Positions 20,395 to 39,977 of a stretch of DNA of 64,000 bases are shown piece by piece. The position numbers were made by a program, and so were the translations under genes. Within the stretch, counting starts at the first letter, position 1. Each line of letters opens with the position of its first letter. The DNA lies in NCBI RefSeq assembly GCF_009914755.1, contig NC_060936.1, one strand, 5' to 3'. Source of the stretch: the human T2T-CHM13v2.0 reference genome, Homo sapiens. The notes beneath the pieces were generated by a model. The model ran no database searches, was not told the DNA's origin, and was given only the letters and a program-made list of their open reading frames with translations.

Positions 20395-21810
20395 GTCATT
20401 CATTCATACATTCACCTATTCAAGTATTTATCGAGCCTTTTCTACAAGCCAAGTAATGTGTTAAACTCTGGGTACACTGTGGTAAACAAAACTTCCATGG
20501 TTTCTGTCCTCATCTACAAATATATAATTACAAAGTGTAATATATACTTGGAAGGAAATTCCAGTCAGTATGAGAAAGTGTAACAGGGGACATAATTGAA
20601 CATGAGAGTCAGGAAAGAACTCAGAGGAAGATGAAAAGGAGTTTGTCAGGTGACTGAAGGGCACTCCAGGCAGCAGGTAAGCGTGTGCAAAGGCTCTGAG
20701 GTAGGGAAGCCTTCATGCCTTTCCTGAGGAACTGAACAAAGGCCATGTGGCTAAAAGGTTGTCAGCTTGCTTGGGACGAGGCTGGGGCAGCAGGCAGGGG
20801 CTTACCAGCCAGGTATGGAAGCCCCTGAAGGGTTCTGAGCAGGAGAGGCACAGGATCGGATCACTCTGGCTGCTTTTGGAGAGTGGACTGAGGGGGCAAG
20901 AACAGAATTAGAGACTAGTCAGGAGGCTACTTGGGTGGTGCTGGTGACAGATGGTTAGTGGCTGTGGTGATGGAGAATAGTAGATGGATCTGAGACACAA
21001 TCTAGAGGTTGTATTGATAGGATTGGGTGACTGGGATGTGGGGAGTGAGTGAAGAAAGGCAACAAAGCTGATTCTTGGGTTTCAGGCATGAGCAGCTGTG
21101 TAGATGACCGTGTCTACAGAATCTACCTTTCAAAAGGTTCCGGTATTCCTAGACCATCTCACAGGAGATGCCCACTTTCTCCTCTCAGCACAGCCACCCT
21201 GCCTCCAAGTCATTATAACTTCCTCTCTAGATCACTTCTTTCTCCTTAGTTTCCCTACTACTTGTCTATGCTGACTTCAAATCACCCCAGGCTGTATTAT
21301 CTTTTTAAATACAGCTCCAGCCATATTATTCCCCACTCAAAAATCTCCAATGTTCCCTATCACCTACGTGAGTACTAACTCTTTACCTTGGCTTTAAAGG
21401 CTCTTTAACCTACGTTCCAGCCTGATTTTCCATCACTTCTTTAAAGTCCTGTTTTAGTCACACTAGACTACTGACTGTTCCTTGGCTGTGTTGCCACATT
21501 CACACCTCAGTGCCTCTGCTCATGCTATTCCTTAAGTCTTACCATCTCAGCATGCTGAAACCTTACTCATCTTTAAATGAAATGTCCCATCTTTAAATCT
21601 CACAAAGCTCTGTACCTCTCTTATGGTGCTTAAAATTTATTGGGGTTATTAGTATACTTATCTCAGGCCCATTTCCTATACCCTAACAGACCATAATACC
21701 TTTGAGTGCAGGGCTCCTGACTCATACTACACCCACTGCTCCTGCCCTTGCAGGGTTAAGAATACTGCTTTACCTGTAGTAGGTGCATGTTACTGAATTT
21801 ATATGAGCAA
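20395..21810. mobile_element. L2 fragments (both orientations)
   Basis: L2 tail cattcattcatacattcacctattcaagtatttatcgagc; gtgtgcaaaggctctgaggtaggga; atcactctggctgc. Confidence 0.7.
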
Positions 21811-22070
21811 TTCATGGTATTAGTTACATTAAGGAGTGATGAGATCCAAGCTGTTGAAGGGGAGATGTTTTCTGGTAGTATTTGCCAGCACCAGGGCTCA
21901 TGGCAAAATTCCTCTTCAGCATCCTTCCATCAAACTCCTTGCAAGCATACACCACACAAACATAAACACACTCCTTTTACAGTCTTCTGACTGCTCAAAA
22001 TACTCCAGTGCAGCAGTCCACATAAGCTTACTTTTTCTTTGAAGTATTGAATATTAAAAATTGCAGCCTC

Positions 22071-24155
<2,085 letters not shown>

Positions 24156-25743
24156 CAAATGTAAACACTAATTGCTAATTACAATGTCAAAAATAACTGG
24201 GTCAGAAACAAGGATGAAAGAGTAGGAAGTTCAAAGCTGGTGTAGTGCAAATAAGCCTAGACTAGGGTGCTGATAAATTTGGATGATGTCTGGGTGACAC
24301 TGAGCAAACTGCACAACCCCAGTTCCATTCCATCTTTAAAATCTTACGATTCCACAGAGGAAGAAAAAGGTGATCTTTATTTGGAAGAAAGGAAGATCTT
24401 GGTTTGATATGTAATAGGAAAGTAACAATGCTATTAGGCAAGGTTGTTTAAATATGAATTAATGCCTATCCCATTATCTAGATTGGGTTAACACCCTCTG
24501 GTGATATTATATGTCAGTGTTTCTACTGAATACTGGATAAACGCCAAACTTCTCTCTGGCATTTAAGGCTTTCCACACCTGCCCAACTTTATCTCAAACT
24601 TCTCATGGTTCAGACCTCTAACCCTCTGCTCTAGCCCCAGTCCTGTTTCCTTATCACCACTTACAGCTTTTGCTTAATCCTTCCCACCCACCCGCTCCTA
24701 AAGTTCTATAACCTTCATAAAACGTTCCAACTGCTTAAATTTTATGTATATATATGTACAGGTACTTCCCAATCTTGGCCCTTCTACAGGACTTTATGGC
24801 AATCCTATGTGGTAGGCACTGTTGTCCTCATTTCATAGATAAGGAAATTAGGCCCAGAGGGTTTTGCGGCCTGCGTAGGGTCCTTCAGTTTGTGAGCAGC
24901 AACAAGGCTGGATCTGATTTGTTTGCCTTCAAAACCCATACTTTTTTCCATTGTACTATGCTACCTCCATGTATTAAACCATGGAGTGAGGATGCGGTAA
25001 AAAAGCCTATAAACCAGTTGTAATACAGCTTGTTGTGGCATAAATTCAGATACACCACATCCTTTGAACCACACGTGTAATAAACGCTTGGAATAGTATG
25101 GATCGATTTTAAGGAGGTTGTTAGTCCTGTTTCCCAAGTCCAGCATTAAAATGATATTCCAGGGTAAATGACAGGTAGGTGGCTTGGAAAATAAAAAAAG
25201 CAACATGGTATAAAAAGAAAATAGTAGGACTGGGACAGAAAAGAGACGAAAGTATAATATAAGCTGGCAATAAGCAAAACAGGCGCTCAGAATATGAAAT
25301 ATGGAATATGGGGCTGAAAAGGCCGAAAGGGCTAAAGTTAGGGGCCCTATGCCTACCGATGAGATGCGCGCGTGTGCGGGGTGGTTATTAATGACAGAGC
25401 AGGACACATGGCCAGACAGTGGAACTCAACAGAGCGACAAATAAAGACAGGTCGTGGGAGCAAGGGTAGAGCCTGGCACAAGAGGGCGGGGGCCCGACTG
25501 AGAGGCCAGAGGGCATGGCAGGGGTTGAAGAGAAAGATGAAGAGGTTCAGAGGGCACAGCGCCCCAGACTCGAGACAGGACTTCTGTCTTCCCTCAGTAG
25601 CTGTTGGTGTGCTTCAGGATTCACACCCGCACCCGGCACAGCCCTCCCGGGTGGCTCCGGGAAGAGAGGGAGGTCCTGTCCCCATTCCTCCCCTACTCCC
25701 CGGGGACTCCGCGAGGGGCGGAGGGAGGCAGGAGGGTCCTTAC

Positions 25744-25894
25744 CCAGGAAGATGGAGATGATCAGCCGCAGCGCCTGTTCTGACGCGCCCAGGGACGTCG
25801 CCAACTTGTTAAGGCTCAGCTCCTGGAAACCCGACTGGAGAACCCCCGCCAGCGCCACCACAGTCCCCTCGTCCCCCTCCGCTGAGGACGCCAT
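25744..25894 (-). CDS. LPCAT3: LPCAT3 (lysophosphatidylcholine acyltransferase 3, MBOAT5) coding exon 1
   Basis: Minus-strand translation MASSAEGDEGTVVALAGVLQSGFQELSLNKLATSLGASEQALRLIISIFL(G) matches the recalled LPCAT3 N-terminus. ATG at 25894 in context aagATGg. 50 codons + 1 nt, then canonical donor CTGG|GTAAGG at 25744/25743. Lies in a CpG island. Confidence 0.97.
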
Positions 25895-26363
25895 CTTAAC
25901 TCCGGGAGCCCCACAGGGACCCCCCAGCTCCGCGCGCCCCGAATGCGGGCAAAACGCTATCGCTTCACCCCCAATTCCGGCTCGGGGCCCGCCCACGGCG
26001 TGCGCATTGGCTGGAGGCCCGCCCCGCGGCGCCAGCTCACCCCGTTATTGGCCGACCTGCGCAGAGGGCGGGGCCTAGCGCGGCAAGGTAGGAAGAGGGC
26101 GGGTCTGAAGGTTTGTAAGGCAAAGGTGACTCCTGCCGAGAATGCACACGGGGAGGCTCAGGGCTGGGCGGGGCTTGGCGTCGGGACCCAGAGCTGCCAT
26201 TGGAAAGGTCTGAGCCCGTGGCCCGGCGACAGTTCAACTCCGTTCGAAATGCTCCCAGGAGGAGCCCTCCGGGGCGACCGTCCGGCCGGCCGGTTCGCTG
26301 CCTTCCCATTGGCTGAGGCGGGAGCAGGCGAGAGTCTGGACGCGGGGGGGCCGCCCGCGCGCG

Positions 26364-26379
26364 AGGTTACTCCCGGTCG
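26364..26379 (+). promoter_or_regulatory. DR4 LXR response element AGGTTA-ctcc-CGGTCG
   Basis: Near-identical half sites to the ABCA1 LXRE (AGGTTA-ctat-CGGTCA). About 470 bp upstream of the ATG. LPCAT3 is an established LXR target. Confidence 0.8.
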
Positions 26380-27551
26380 CCGGCGCTGGGGTTACTGGGG
26401 CATGTAACGGGGAGGCGGGAACGCCCGCGCCGCCTTTCGCGCGCCCCCTAACGGCGCCTCCCGGCCCGTTCTTAAATTCTTAGGTTGTTAGACTCGTCGC
26501 CTTTACTCCCGGAGGTTCAGCGGAAAGCCCAGTGCCCCAGGAACAGACATTGTCTGCTCCTTTTATTTCATGGATCCCTTTTCCATGCAGTTTCCTGTAG
26601 TAAAACATGACCTTCCCCCTAGAGGCGATGAAATTAAGATATGCCTATTTAACACTTATTATTTTAATTAAAAATTCAAATAATTTTGCACTGAGTAATA
26701 CATGTTTATGATAAAAGTTATAACAGTATAGAAATGTAAAACAGAAGAGTCCTGTTTCCCCTCCCTGCTTTTCATTCTCACTTCCTACAGGTAATCCTGT
26801 TAAGATTACGCCAAAAAAAAAAAAAAAAAAAATCTGTCGAGCACTTACCATATGCCAGGGACTGTGCTGGGCTTGGGAATAGAATCAGGAGCCCAGAGCC
26901 ACGGAGTGGGAGGATGCACAAATAATAGCATCAATTAACGTGTTATTGCAAGAGAAGGTAAGTGCTCTGAAGGAAAGGGTCAAGGTTCTGTGAGAGTATG
27001 TAACAAAGGAATGCTAAGAGTTTCTTGCAATAACTCTTAGTTACAATAATTTGTGGCGCATTCTTGTAAAATTACAGCTTATACTTCTGTAGCACTTGCA
27101 CTTTATAAAGCACTTTCATCCGTATTATTTCACTTGCTTTGGCTGCGCAATAGAATATTTATTATGATGATGTCCTCTTACAGACACAGAGCCTTGGAGA
27201 AATTAAGAAACTGGGTAAGTTCCTTTACAAGTAAGCGGCAGACAGAATTTAAACCTAGGTCTGTCAAATTCCCTACCCCTACTCCCATTTTGGGCAAGAT
27301 TTTAAAAAACAAAATATTTCATTCACACGGAAAAGTAGAGGATAATATAACTTCTCCAGGTTAAGAAACAAACATCACCTATACATTTGAAAAGCCGGTA
27401 TATCCCTTCCTGAGGGCATTTCCCTCCTTCCTTTCTCAGAGGTCACCACTTTGCTGACTTTGGTATTTATCAATCCCATGCCTATTTTAATACTTTACAT
27501 ACAGCATATATCCAGAAAGGAAAATTAGTATAGTTTTGCATGCCTTATATT

Positions 27552-28925
<1,374 letters not shown>

Positions 28926-28929
28926 TTAT

Positions 28930-30585
<1,656 letters not shown>

Positions 30586-30587
30586 CT

Positions 30588-31258
30588 TGTAAACTAAAAG
30601 TAAAATTCGAAGCCCCCACTAACTGACCTAATGGACCCTCTCCTGGCAAAGCAGACCCCAGAGTAACCTTGAAAACTGAGTTCTTGGTCATGATGGGATG
30701 AGGTCAGGCACGCCTCCTTATGCTCACCCCTCCCTCCCTAACCGGTTTAGGCTTTCTAACCTAAGGGCTAAACAGAAACTAGCCCTTTCAAAAGACTCTA
30801 CCAGTGATATCAACCAACTGTCTGATATTGCCCCTCCTTTTATGCCTGATAAGAGACTCTTGAATATGAAGTGGTTCTGACCAGTCTACAGAGAATGCAG
30901 TGAGGGTTTTCATGTTCTCTGCTTCACCTTTTGATGCCAGAGGGCCAAAAACTCTACCTTAGATCATCTTAATGCCACCATTTTTTGAACATGGGGCCCG
31001 TGGAGAAGCATGAAGCTCAATTGCACATGAGTATGTTTCTCCTTTCATAAAACTCATCACTCCTATAATGTACTAAATACGTACATTTGGCCACCCCACT
31101 CAGCATAAATTTCTCTTCCCTTTGGCCCTCCCTTGAAGTATCTGTTTCTGGTTTGTGGCTGGAGGCTGTGCTTCCCCTCCTGTCAGAATGGCCACCCTGC
31201 AGGCTGCAACCCTTTATGAGAAATAAAGCTCTCTTTTTTAGATTTATGAACCTCATCA
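30588..31258 (+). mobile_element. MER39-like ERV1 LTR (3' end truncated)
   Basis: Starts TGTAAACTAAAAGTAAAATTCGAAGCCCCC...gaccccagagtaaccttgaaaactgagttc; AATAAA near 31221. Subfamily from memory. Confidence 0.55.
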
Positions 31259-32034
31259 CCTGATGAAGCTGGGGACATTGAGCCCCTAAATTCTGATTGA
31301 TCTTCTTTGCTAGTGAAAGAGGCCTCCCCATCCCCAGTGGAGGCATCCCACCTGAGAGGACTAACCCTGCATTGCCTACGAAACTGTAATGGCCTCCCTG
31401 AGGAAGTTGCCATGCAGGACAAAGCGGATGCTCCTCAGGACCCTTCCCCACCTGCCCTCTTTGCTTCTAGACCTGTAACTAGACTGAAATCCCAGCAGGC
31501 CCCTAAGGTGAGGGACAAAGTGTGACCCATGAGGAAGTGTGCAACACTCCAAAAGAACGGCTTAAGATGTCTAATTTATACAGACAGAAATTTTGGGAAC
31601 ACGTATGGGAATGGATATTGAAGGCATGGGATAATGGTGGAAGGAACATAAAACTAGATCTGGCCAAATTTATATGGGCTTACTAAATAGAGGTTCTACA
31701 TTTAATGTTGCAGCTCAGAGAGTTAGGAAGAGCTCTAACAATTTGTCTAGCTATTTGGCTGAGACATGGACCAAAGGTGGGTCATAATGAGTAAATCAGA
31801 AATTCCAAACCTGCCTTGGTTTAATGTAGAGGAAGATACTCAAAGGCTTAGGAAGATTGAAAATTTAGAGGAATTGTCATTTAAGAACTATTCACCCACT
31901 CTGGAAGGATCCGGAAGACATATCTTTCACCATTATTGTAAGAGATAAATTTGTAGCTGGGCATGGAGGGTGATGCTTGTTATCCCAGCACTTTGTGAAG
32001 TCCAGTTGGAGAATAGCTTGAGGCCATGAGTTCA

Positions 32035-34620
<2,586 letters not shown>

Positions 34621-35081
34621 TTTTTTTTTTTTTTTGAGATGGAGTTTCCCTCTTGTTGCCCAGGATGGAGTGCAATGGCACATCTCGGCTCACTGCAACC
34701 TCTGCCTCACAGGTTCAAGTGATTTTCCTGCTTCAGCCTCCTGAGTAGCTGGAATTACAGGCATGTGCCACCATGCCTAGCTAATTTTCTATTTTTAGTA
34801 GAGACAGGGTTCCTCCATGTTGGTCAGGCTGGTCTCGAACTCCTGACCTCAGGTGATCCACTCGCCTCGGCCTCCCAAAATGCTGGGATTACAGGTGTGA
34901 GCCACCATGTCTGGCCGCTTTTTTTCTTGATATTTGTTAGCAAAAATTACTGGAAGCAGTTTCAGTTCAGCCAGCAAAGCCAGAAATAAACCTTCACTGT
35001 CCTACCTTAGAGGTATATCAACTCTCCAGCTCATTTTTTTTTTTTTTGAGACAGGGTCTTGCTCTGTCACTCAGGCCGGAG

Positions 35082-35156
35082 TACAATCATGGTTCTCCAT
35101 GACTGGAGTGATACAATCATGGTTCTCCATGACTGGAGTGATACAATCATGGTTCA
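35082..35156. repeat. 30-bp tandem repeat GACTGGAGTGATACAATCATGGTTCTCCAT (~2.5 copies) inside an AluJ
   Basis: Directly visible. Confidence 0.85.
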
Positions 35157-35520
35157 CTGTAGTCTTGACCTCCTGGGCTCAAGTGATCCTCCCACCTCAG
35201 CCTCTTGAGTAACTGGGACTATAGACATACACTACCATGCACCACCACACCTGGCTAATTTTTATTTTTGTAGAGATGGGGTCTCATTATATTGCCCAGT
35301 CTGGTCTTGAACTCCTGGGCTCAAGTGATCCTCCTGGCTCAGACTCCCAAAGTGCTAGGAGTATAGGCATAAGCCACCATGCCTGTCCAACTCCCCAGCT
35401 CTATGTCATAATTTAGTTTTCTGGGATCTTGATTACCTTTCCCTTCCACAAGATATCACATTGATTGCCAATTGCAATCACCATTACACTGATGACATTA
35501 TGCTGATCAGACCTAGTGAA

Positions 35521-35616
35521 CAAGAAGTGGCAACTATTCTAGACCAAGAAGTGGCAACTATTCTAGACCAAGAAGTGGCAACTATTCTAGACCAAGAAGT
35601 GGCAACTATTCTAGAC
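35521..35616. repeat. Perfect 24-bp x4 tandem repeat CAAGAAGTGGCAACTATTCTAGAC in ERV-L RT remnant
   Basis: Four identical units ending at the TSD (TATTCTAGACTT) of the Alu at 35617-35910. Confidence 0.95.
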
Positions 35617-36591
35617 TTTTTTTTTTTTTTTGAGATGGTGGCTCGCTTTGTCGCCCAGGCTGGAGTGCAGTGGTGCGATCTTGGCTCACTGCAACCTCCG
35701 CTCCCGGGTTCAAGCAATTCTTCTGCCTCAGCCTCCTGAGTAACTGGGACTACAGGCGCCCGCCACCACGCCCGGCTAATTTTTGTATTTTTAGTAGAGA
35801 TGGGGTTTCACCATATTGGCCAGCCTGATCTTGAACTCCTGACCTTGTGGTCTGCCCACCTTGGCCTCCCAAAGTGCTGGGATTACAGGCGTGAGCCACC
35901 ACGCCCAGCCTATTCTAGACTTATTCATAAGAAATTTGTGTATCAGAGAGTGGGAAATAAATCTGACAAAAAATTAAGGATCTCTACTTTAGTGAAATTT
36001 GTAGGGGTCCAATGGTGTGGGTCATGTTGAGAGATCCCTTCTATAGTGAAGGATAAGTTGTTGCATCTGGCCCCTCCAACAACCAAGAGAGGCACAACAC
36101 CTAGTGATCTTTGGATCTTGGAGATAACATATTCCTCATTTGGGTGTGTCACTCCAGCCCATTTACTGAGTGACCCAAAAAGCTGCTAGCTTTTAGGGGA
36201 GCCCAGAACAAGAGAAGGCTTTGCAACAGGTCCAGGCTGCTGTGCAAGCTGCTGTATCACTTGGGCCGTGTGATCTAGCAGACCCAGTGATGCTTGAAGT
36301 GTCAGTGGAGAAAGGGATATTGTTTGGAGCCTTTGGCAGGCCCCTATAGGTGAATCTCAATGCAAATCGTTAGGATTTGGAGCAAAGCCCTGCCAGCCTT
36401 GGTGGATAATTACTCTGCTTTTTTTTTTTTTTTTTTTTTTTTTGAGACAGAGTCTCACTGTGTCCTCCAGGCTAGAATGCAGTGGTGTGATCATAGTTCA
36501 CTGCAGCCTCAACCTCCCAAGGTATAGGTGATCCTCCTGCCTCAGCCCCCCATTGAGGAGCTGGGACTACAGGCGTGCACTATCATGCTAA

Positions 36592-36774
<183 letters not shown>

Positions 36775-36777
36775 TGA

Positions 36778-37014
<237 letters not shown>

Positions 37015-37501
37015 TAGCCAGGATGGTCTCGATCTCCTGACCTTGTGATCCGCCCACCTCGGCCTCCCAAAGTGCTGGGATTACAGGCGTGAGCCACCGC
37101 ACCCGGCCTCTTACTGAATTTAAACTGCAGGAAAAAAAAAAAGAAAAAGAAACAGCTCTCAGCCTGATACTGAGTCTCCATAGAGACTGAACACTTACCC
37201 ATGGGCCGCCAAGTTACTATGCAACCTGAGCTGCCCATCATGAGCTGAGTGTTGCCTGACCCACCAAACCATAAAGTTGGGCATACACAGCAGAACTCCA
37301 TCATCAAATGGAAGTGGTATATACTTCAGTTGGGCTGAGCAGGCTATGAAGGCACAAGTAAGTTACATGAAGAAGTGGCAGGCCGGGCGCGGTGGCTCAC
37401 GCCTGTAATCCCAGCATTTTGGGAGGCCGAGGTGGGTGGATCACCTGAGGTTGGGAGTTAGAGACCAGCCTGACCAACATGGAGAAACCCCGTCTCTACT
37501 A

Positions 37502-37660
<159 letters not shown>

Positions 37661-37711
37661 TCAAAAAAAAAAAAAAGAAGTGGCCCAAATGTCCACTGTC
37701 GCGCCTCCTGT

Positions 37712-39311
37712 TGTCACGGGATCCTTGGGGTGTCACTTTGCCCACTGGAAACCTCTGTGGCTGGTGGTGCCTTCTGCCCGAGTACTGCTCATGCCCACTG
37801 GGCTTGTTCTGCCCACTTGGCCTGGCAGGTTGTGGTCAGCTCACACTACTGGCCCGGATCCCACACCTGCCAAGGGTGAGCCAGGTGCAGAGTGGCAAGG
37901 GGTATGTGAGCGAGTGAGTGTGGGGTCTAGCCACTGCACACAGTCAGGCATGCAGGTTGCTGCGGCAGGGCAGGTGGCAGCTTTAGATGCTGGCTCCATG
38001 CAAGGCTGCAGCTGGACCAGCTATACCACACGTGTCTGGACAAGGGGAACATGGTGGTGCCCAGAAGCTTGGAGACGCCAGGAACCGTAGAGCCCCAAAG
38101 AGGGTGTCACAGCCCTGGCTCATGGAGCCCCTAGGTCTGGGCTCCCTGGAGGGCCCCACAGCTCTTCTCTCCTTCTTGTCACCCACAATGTGGCAAGCAG
38201 GGGACCATGTTTCAGGCCTCTTTGTGTTACAGCCCTTTCAGTCCCACCATTCAGCAGGTCCTGAGTTCTTGTCCCGCATCCAGGAAAAATGAGGTATGCA
38301 GACAACTGGAGGGTGAGCAAGGTGGAGAGGAGCTTCATTGAGTGATAGAACAGCTCTCAGGAGACCTGTAGTGGGTAGCTCCTTTCCACAGGTGGGTGGG
38401 TCATCCTGATGAGTGTCCAGCTCTCAGTGGAGAGGAGACCCATGGTGGGTAGCTCCTTTCTGCAGGTAGGTTGGCCCAACGGCTGTCCAGCTCTCAGCAG
38501 AAAGGAGACCTGTAGTGGGTAGCCCCTTTCTGCAACTGGTAGTCCCAACACCTATTCACATCTGGCTGAGTCCAGGTTTTATGGGCTCAGAAGGGAGGAA
38601 ATATGTGCTGATTTGTCCATGGGTGGCTATGGGTGGGCCTGGAAAAAGCACCATAAGTTCTCACTCCAGGGCATGGACTCCACCCAGAACTGGCAGCCTG
38701 GCTTCAGGACATCCCTGGCCTGAAGGTGGGGTTTCATCAGAGACCCACCCCTTTTCACCCAGGAGCCTGTCTGCCTCCTGCCACCATCAACGTGCCACCC
38801 AGGCTATTTGTACCAAGGGGTGCCCGGAGGCCTGTACCGAGCTTCCCTTGGCGCCCCCACCTTGGTCTCCCTCCTGTGCTCACTGGTGCCCAAAAGTCTG
38901 GAGAGAACTGAAGCAGGAGGGGCTGGCACGTTGGTGGTGCCCTGATCATGTGCACACCCACAGGGTTGTGACAACACCAGGCTCAGCTTCAACTTTGCTC
39001 CAAAATTGGAGCGTGTGCTGGGAGAGGGGAGAGGCCAGGGAGCAAGAGCAGACACTTCTGAGCCTGCAGGAGCAGAGTGGCTTCCTGGCCCACTGAGAGG
39101 ACAGGGATGCCCTGGTCCAGAGCCATGGCTGGGTGGCTGTAGCTGCACCCAGGAGTCCAGGGCTCCTGCCCTGCCAACTCAGTAGGGGGCGGGGCTCCTG
39201 CATGTTTCTAGCCCCCACTGGCTTCACAGTGTGCGCAGCCCTGGACTCACCTTTCCCACTGCAGCTAGCATTCCCACAGTGGCTGCTCCAGACAGGCCAA
39301 TGCCACCATCA
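37712..39311 (-). mobile_element. MER52(A)-like solo LTR (ERV1), ~1.6 kb
   Basis: Minus strand starts TGATGGTGGCATTGGCCTGTCTGGAGCAGCC and ends CCAAGGATCCCGTGACA. GC-rich. 4-bp flanks CTGT/CTGC. Splits ERV-L pol. Confidence 0.82.
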
Positions 39312-39544
39312 CTGCTACACTACATTTGTCTCCTAGATTGCCCCTGTGACTTAATGGGGAGTTGCCTGTGATCAGTTGACAGAAGGGAAGACTTAGGCCT
39401 GGTTCTGCATGAACATATGCACCACCCAAGAGTGCTGCAGCACTACAGCCCCTTTCTGTGACATCCCTGAAGGACAGTGATGAAGGAAAGCACTCTCAGT
39501 GGACATAACTTATATTTTTAAATTTTTTATTAAGAGACAAGGTC

Positions 39545-39960
39545 TCCAGTCTCTTTGGTCTAGCCTGCAGAAGTGAGATGATGAAGGGAACGTCATTGTT
39601 TTGAAAGCATTGCAATAAGACACACATGTTGTGCCACTGCCATGGCTCTAAGGCCTAGCACCTTCAGAAGTCTACTTGTGACAACTATGACTACCCTGCC
39701 AAGTGCAAGAGAAAGTGTAACTGGAGTGCAAAGGCTAAAAGACAAAATACCACCAGGACTGATTGCATGAAGCACCTGAAAATTGTATACCACGGATTCA
39801 AGCATGGATTCTGTGGAGGAACACCACCTAAACCCAAGAGAGCAGCTATTGCAGCAACTAGTTTATCTGAAGAATTTCAATGATTTTTCACTATTATTGT
39901 CACTATTATTATTTGTCAATAAATGCCATGGTTTAACAAAATCTAAAAAAGAAATAAAAA
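39545..39960 (+). pseudogene. RPL37 (pseudogene): RPL37 processed pseudogene
   Basis: 39578-39871 translates [95 protein letters not shown], colinear with RPL37. No introns, two in-frame stops. 5'UTR present, AATAAA at 39918, A-rich tail, degenerate TSD AAGAGACAAGGTCTC / AAGAGATGGGATCTC. Confidence 0.95.
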
Positions 39961-39977
39961 GAGATGGGATCTCACTT

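Larger units (their letters stand above)
25360..26520. promoter_or_regulatory. CpG island / LPCAT3 promoter
   Basis: Abrupt GC- and CpG-rich segment. Several GGGCGG boxes. Four ATTGG (CCAAT on the gene strand) at 26006, 26047, 26199, 26308. NRF1-like GCGTGCGCA near 25998. No TATA evident. Confidence 0.93.

Noticed and set aside
25372-26407. Long plus-strand ORFs (129, 187, 154 aa) over the CpG island
   Set aside because: Stop-poor GC-rich shadow frames antisense to LPCAT3 exon 1, with low-complexity Pro/Arg/Gly composition and no recognisable domain.
35461-35739. ORF with QEVATILD x4 peptide repeat
   Set aside because: DNA tandem duplication in a dead ERV-L RT that runs into an Alu; no credible start codon or transcript.
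39578-39871. Functional RPL37 copy
   Set aside because: Stops at codons 9 and 27, loss of zinc-binding cysteines, and the native stop is mutated.
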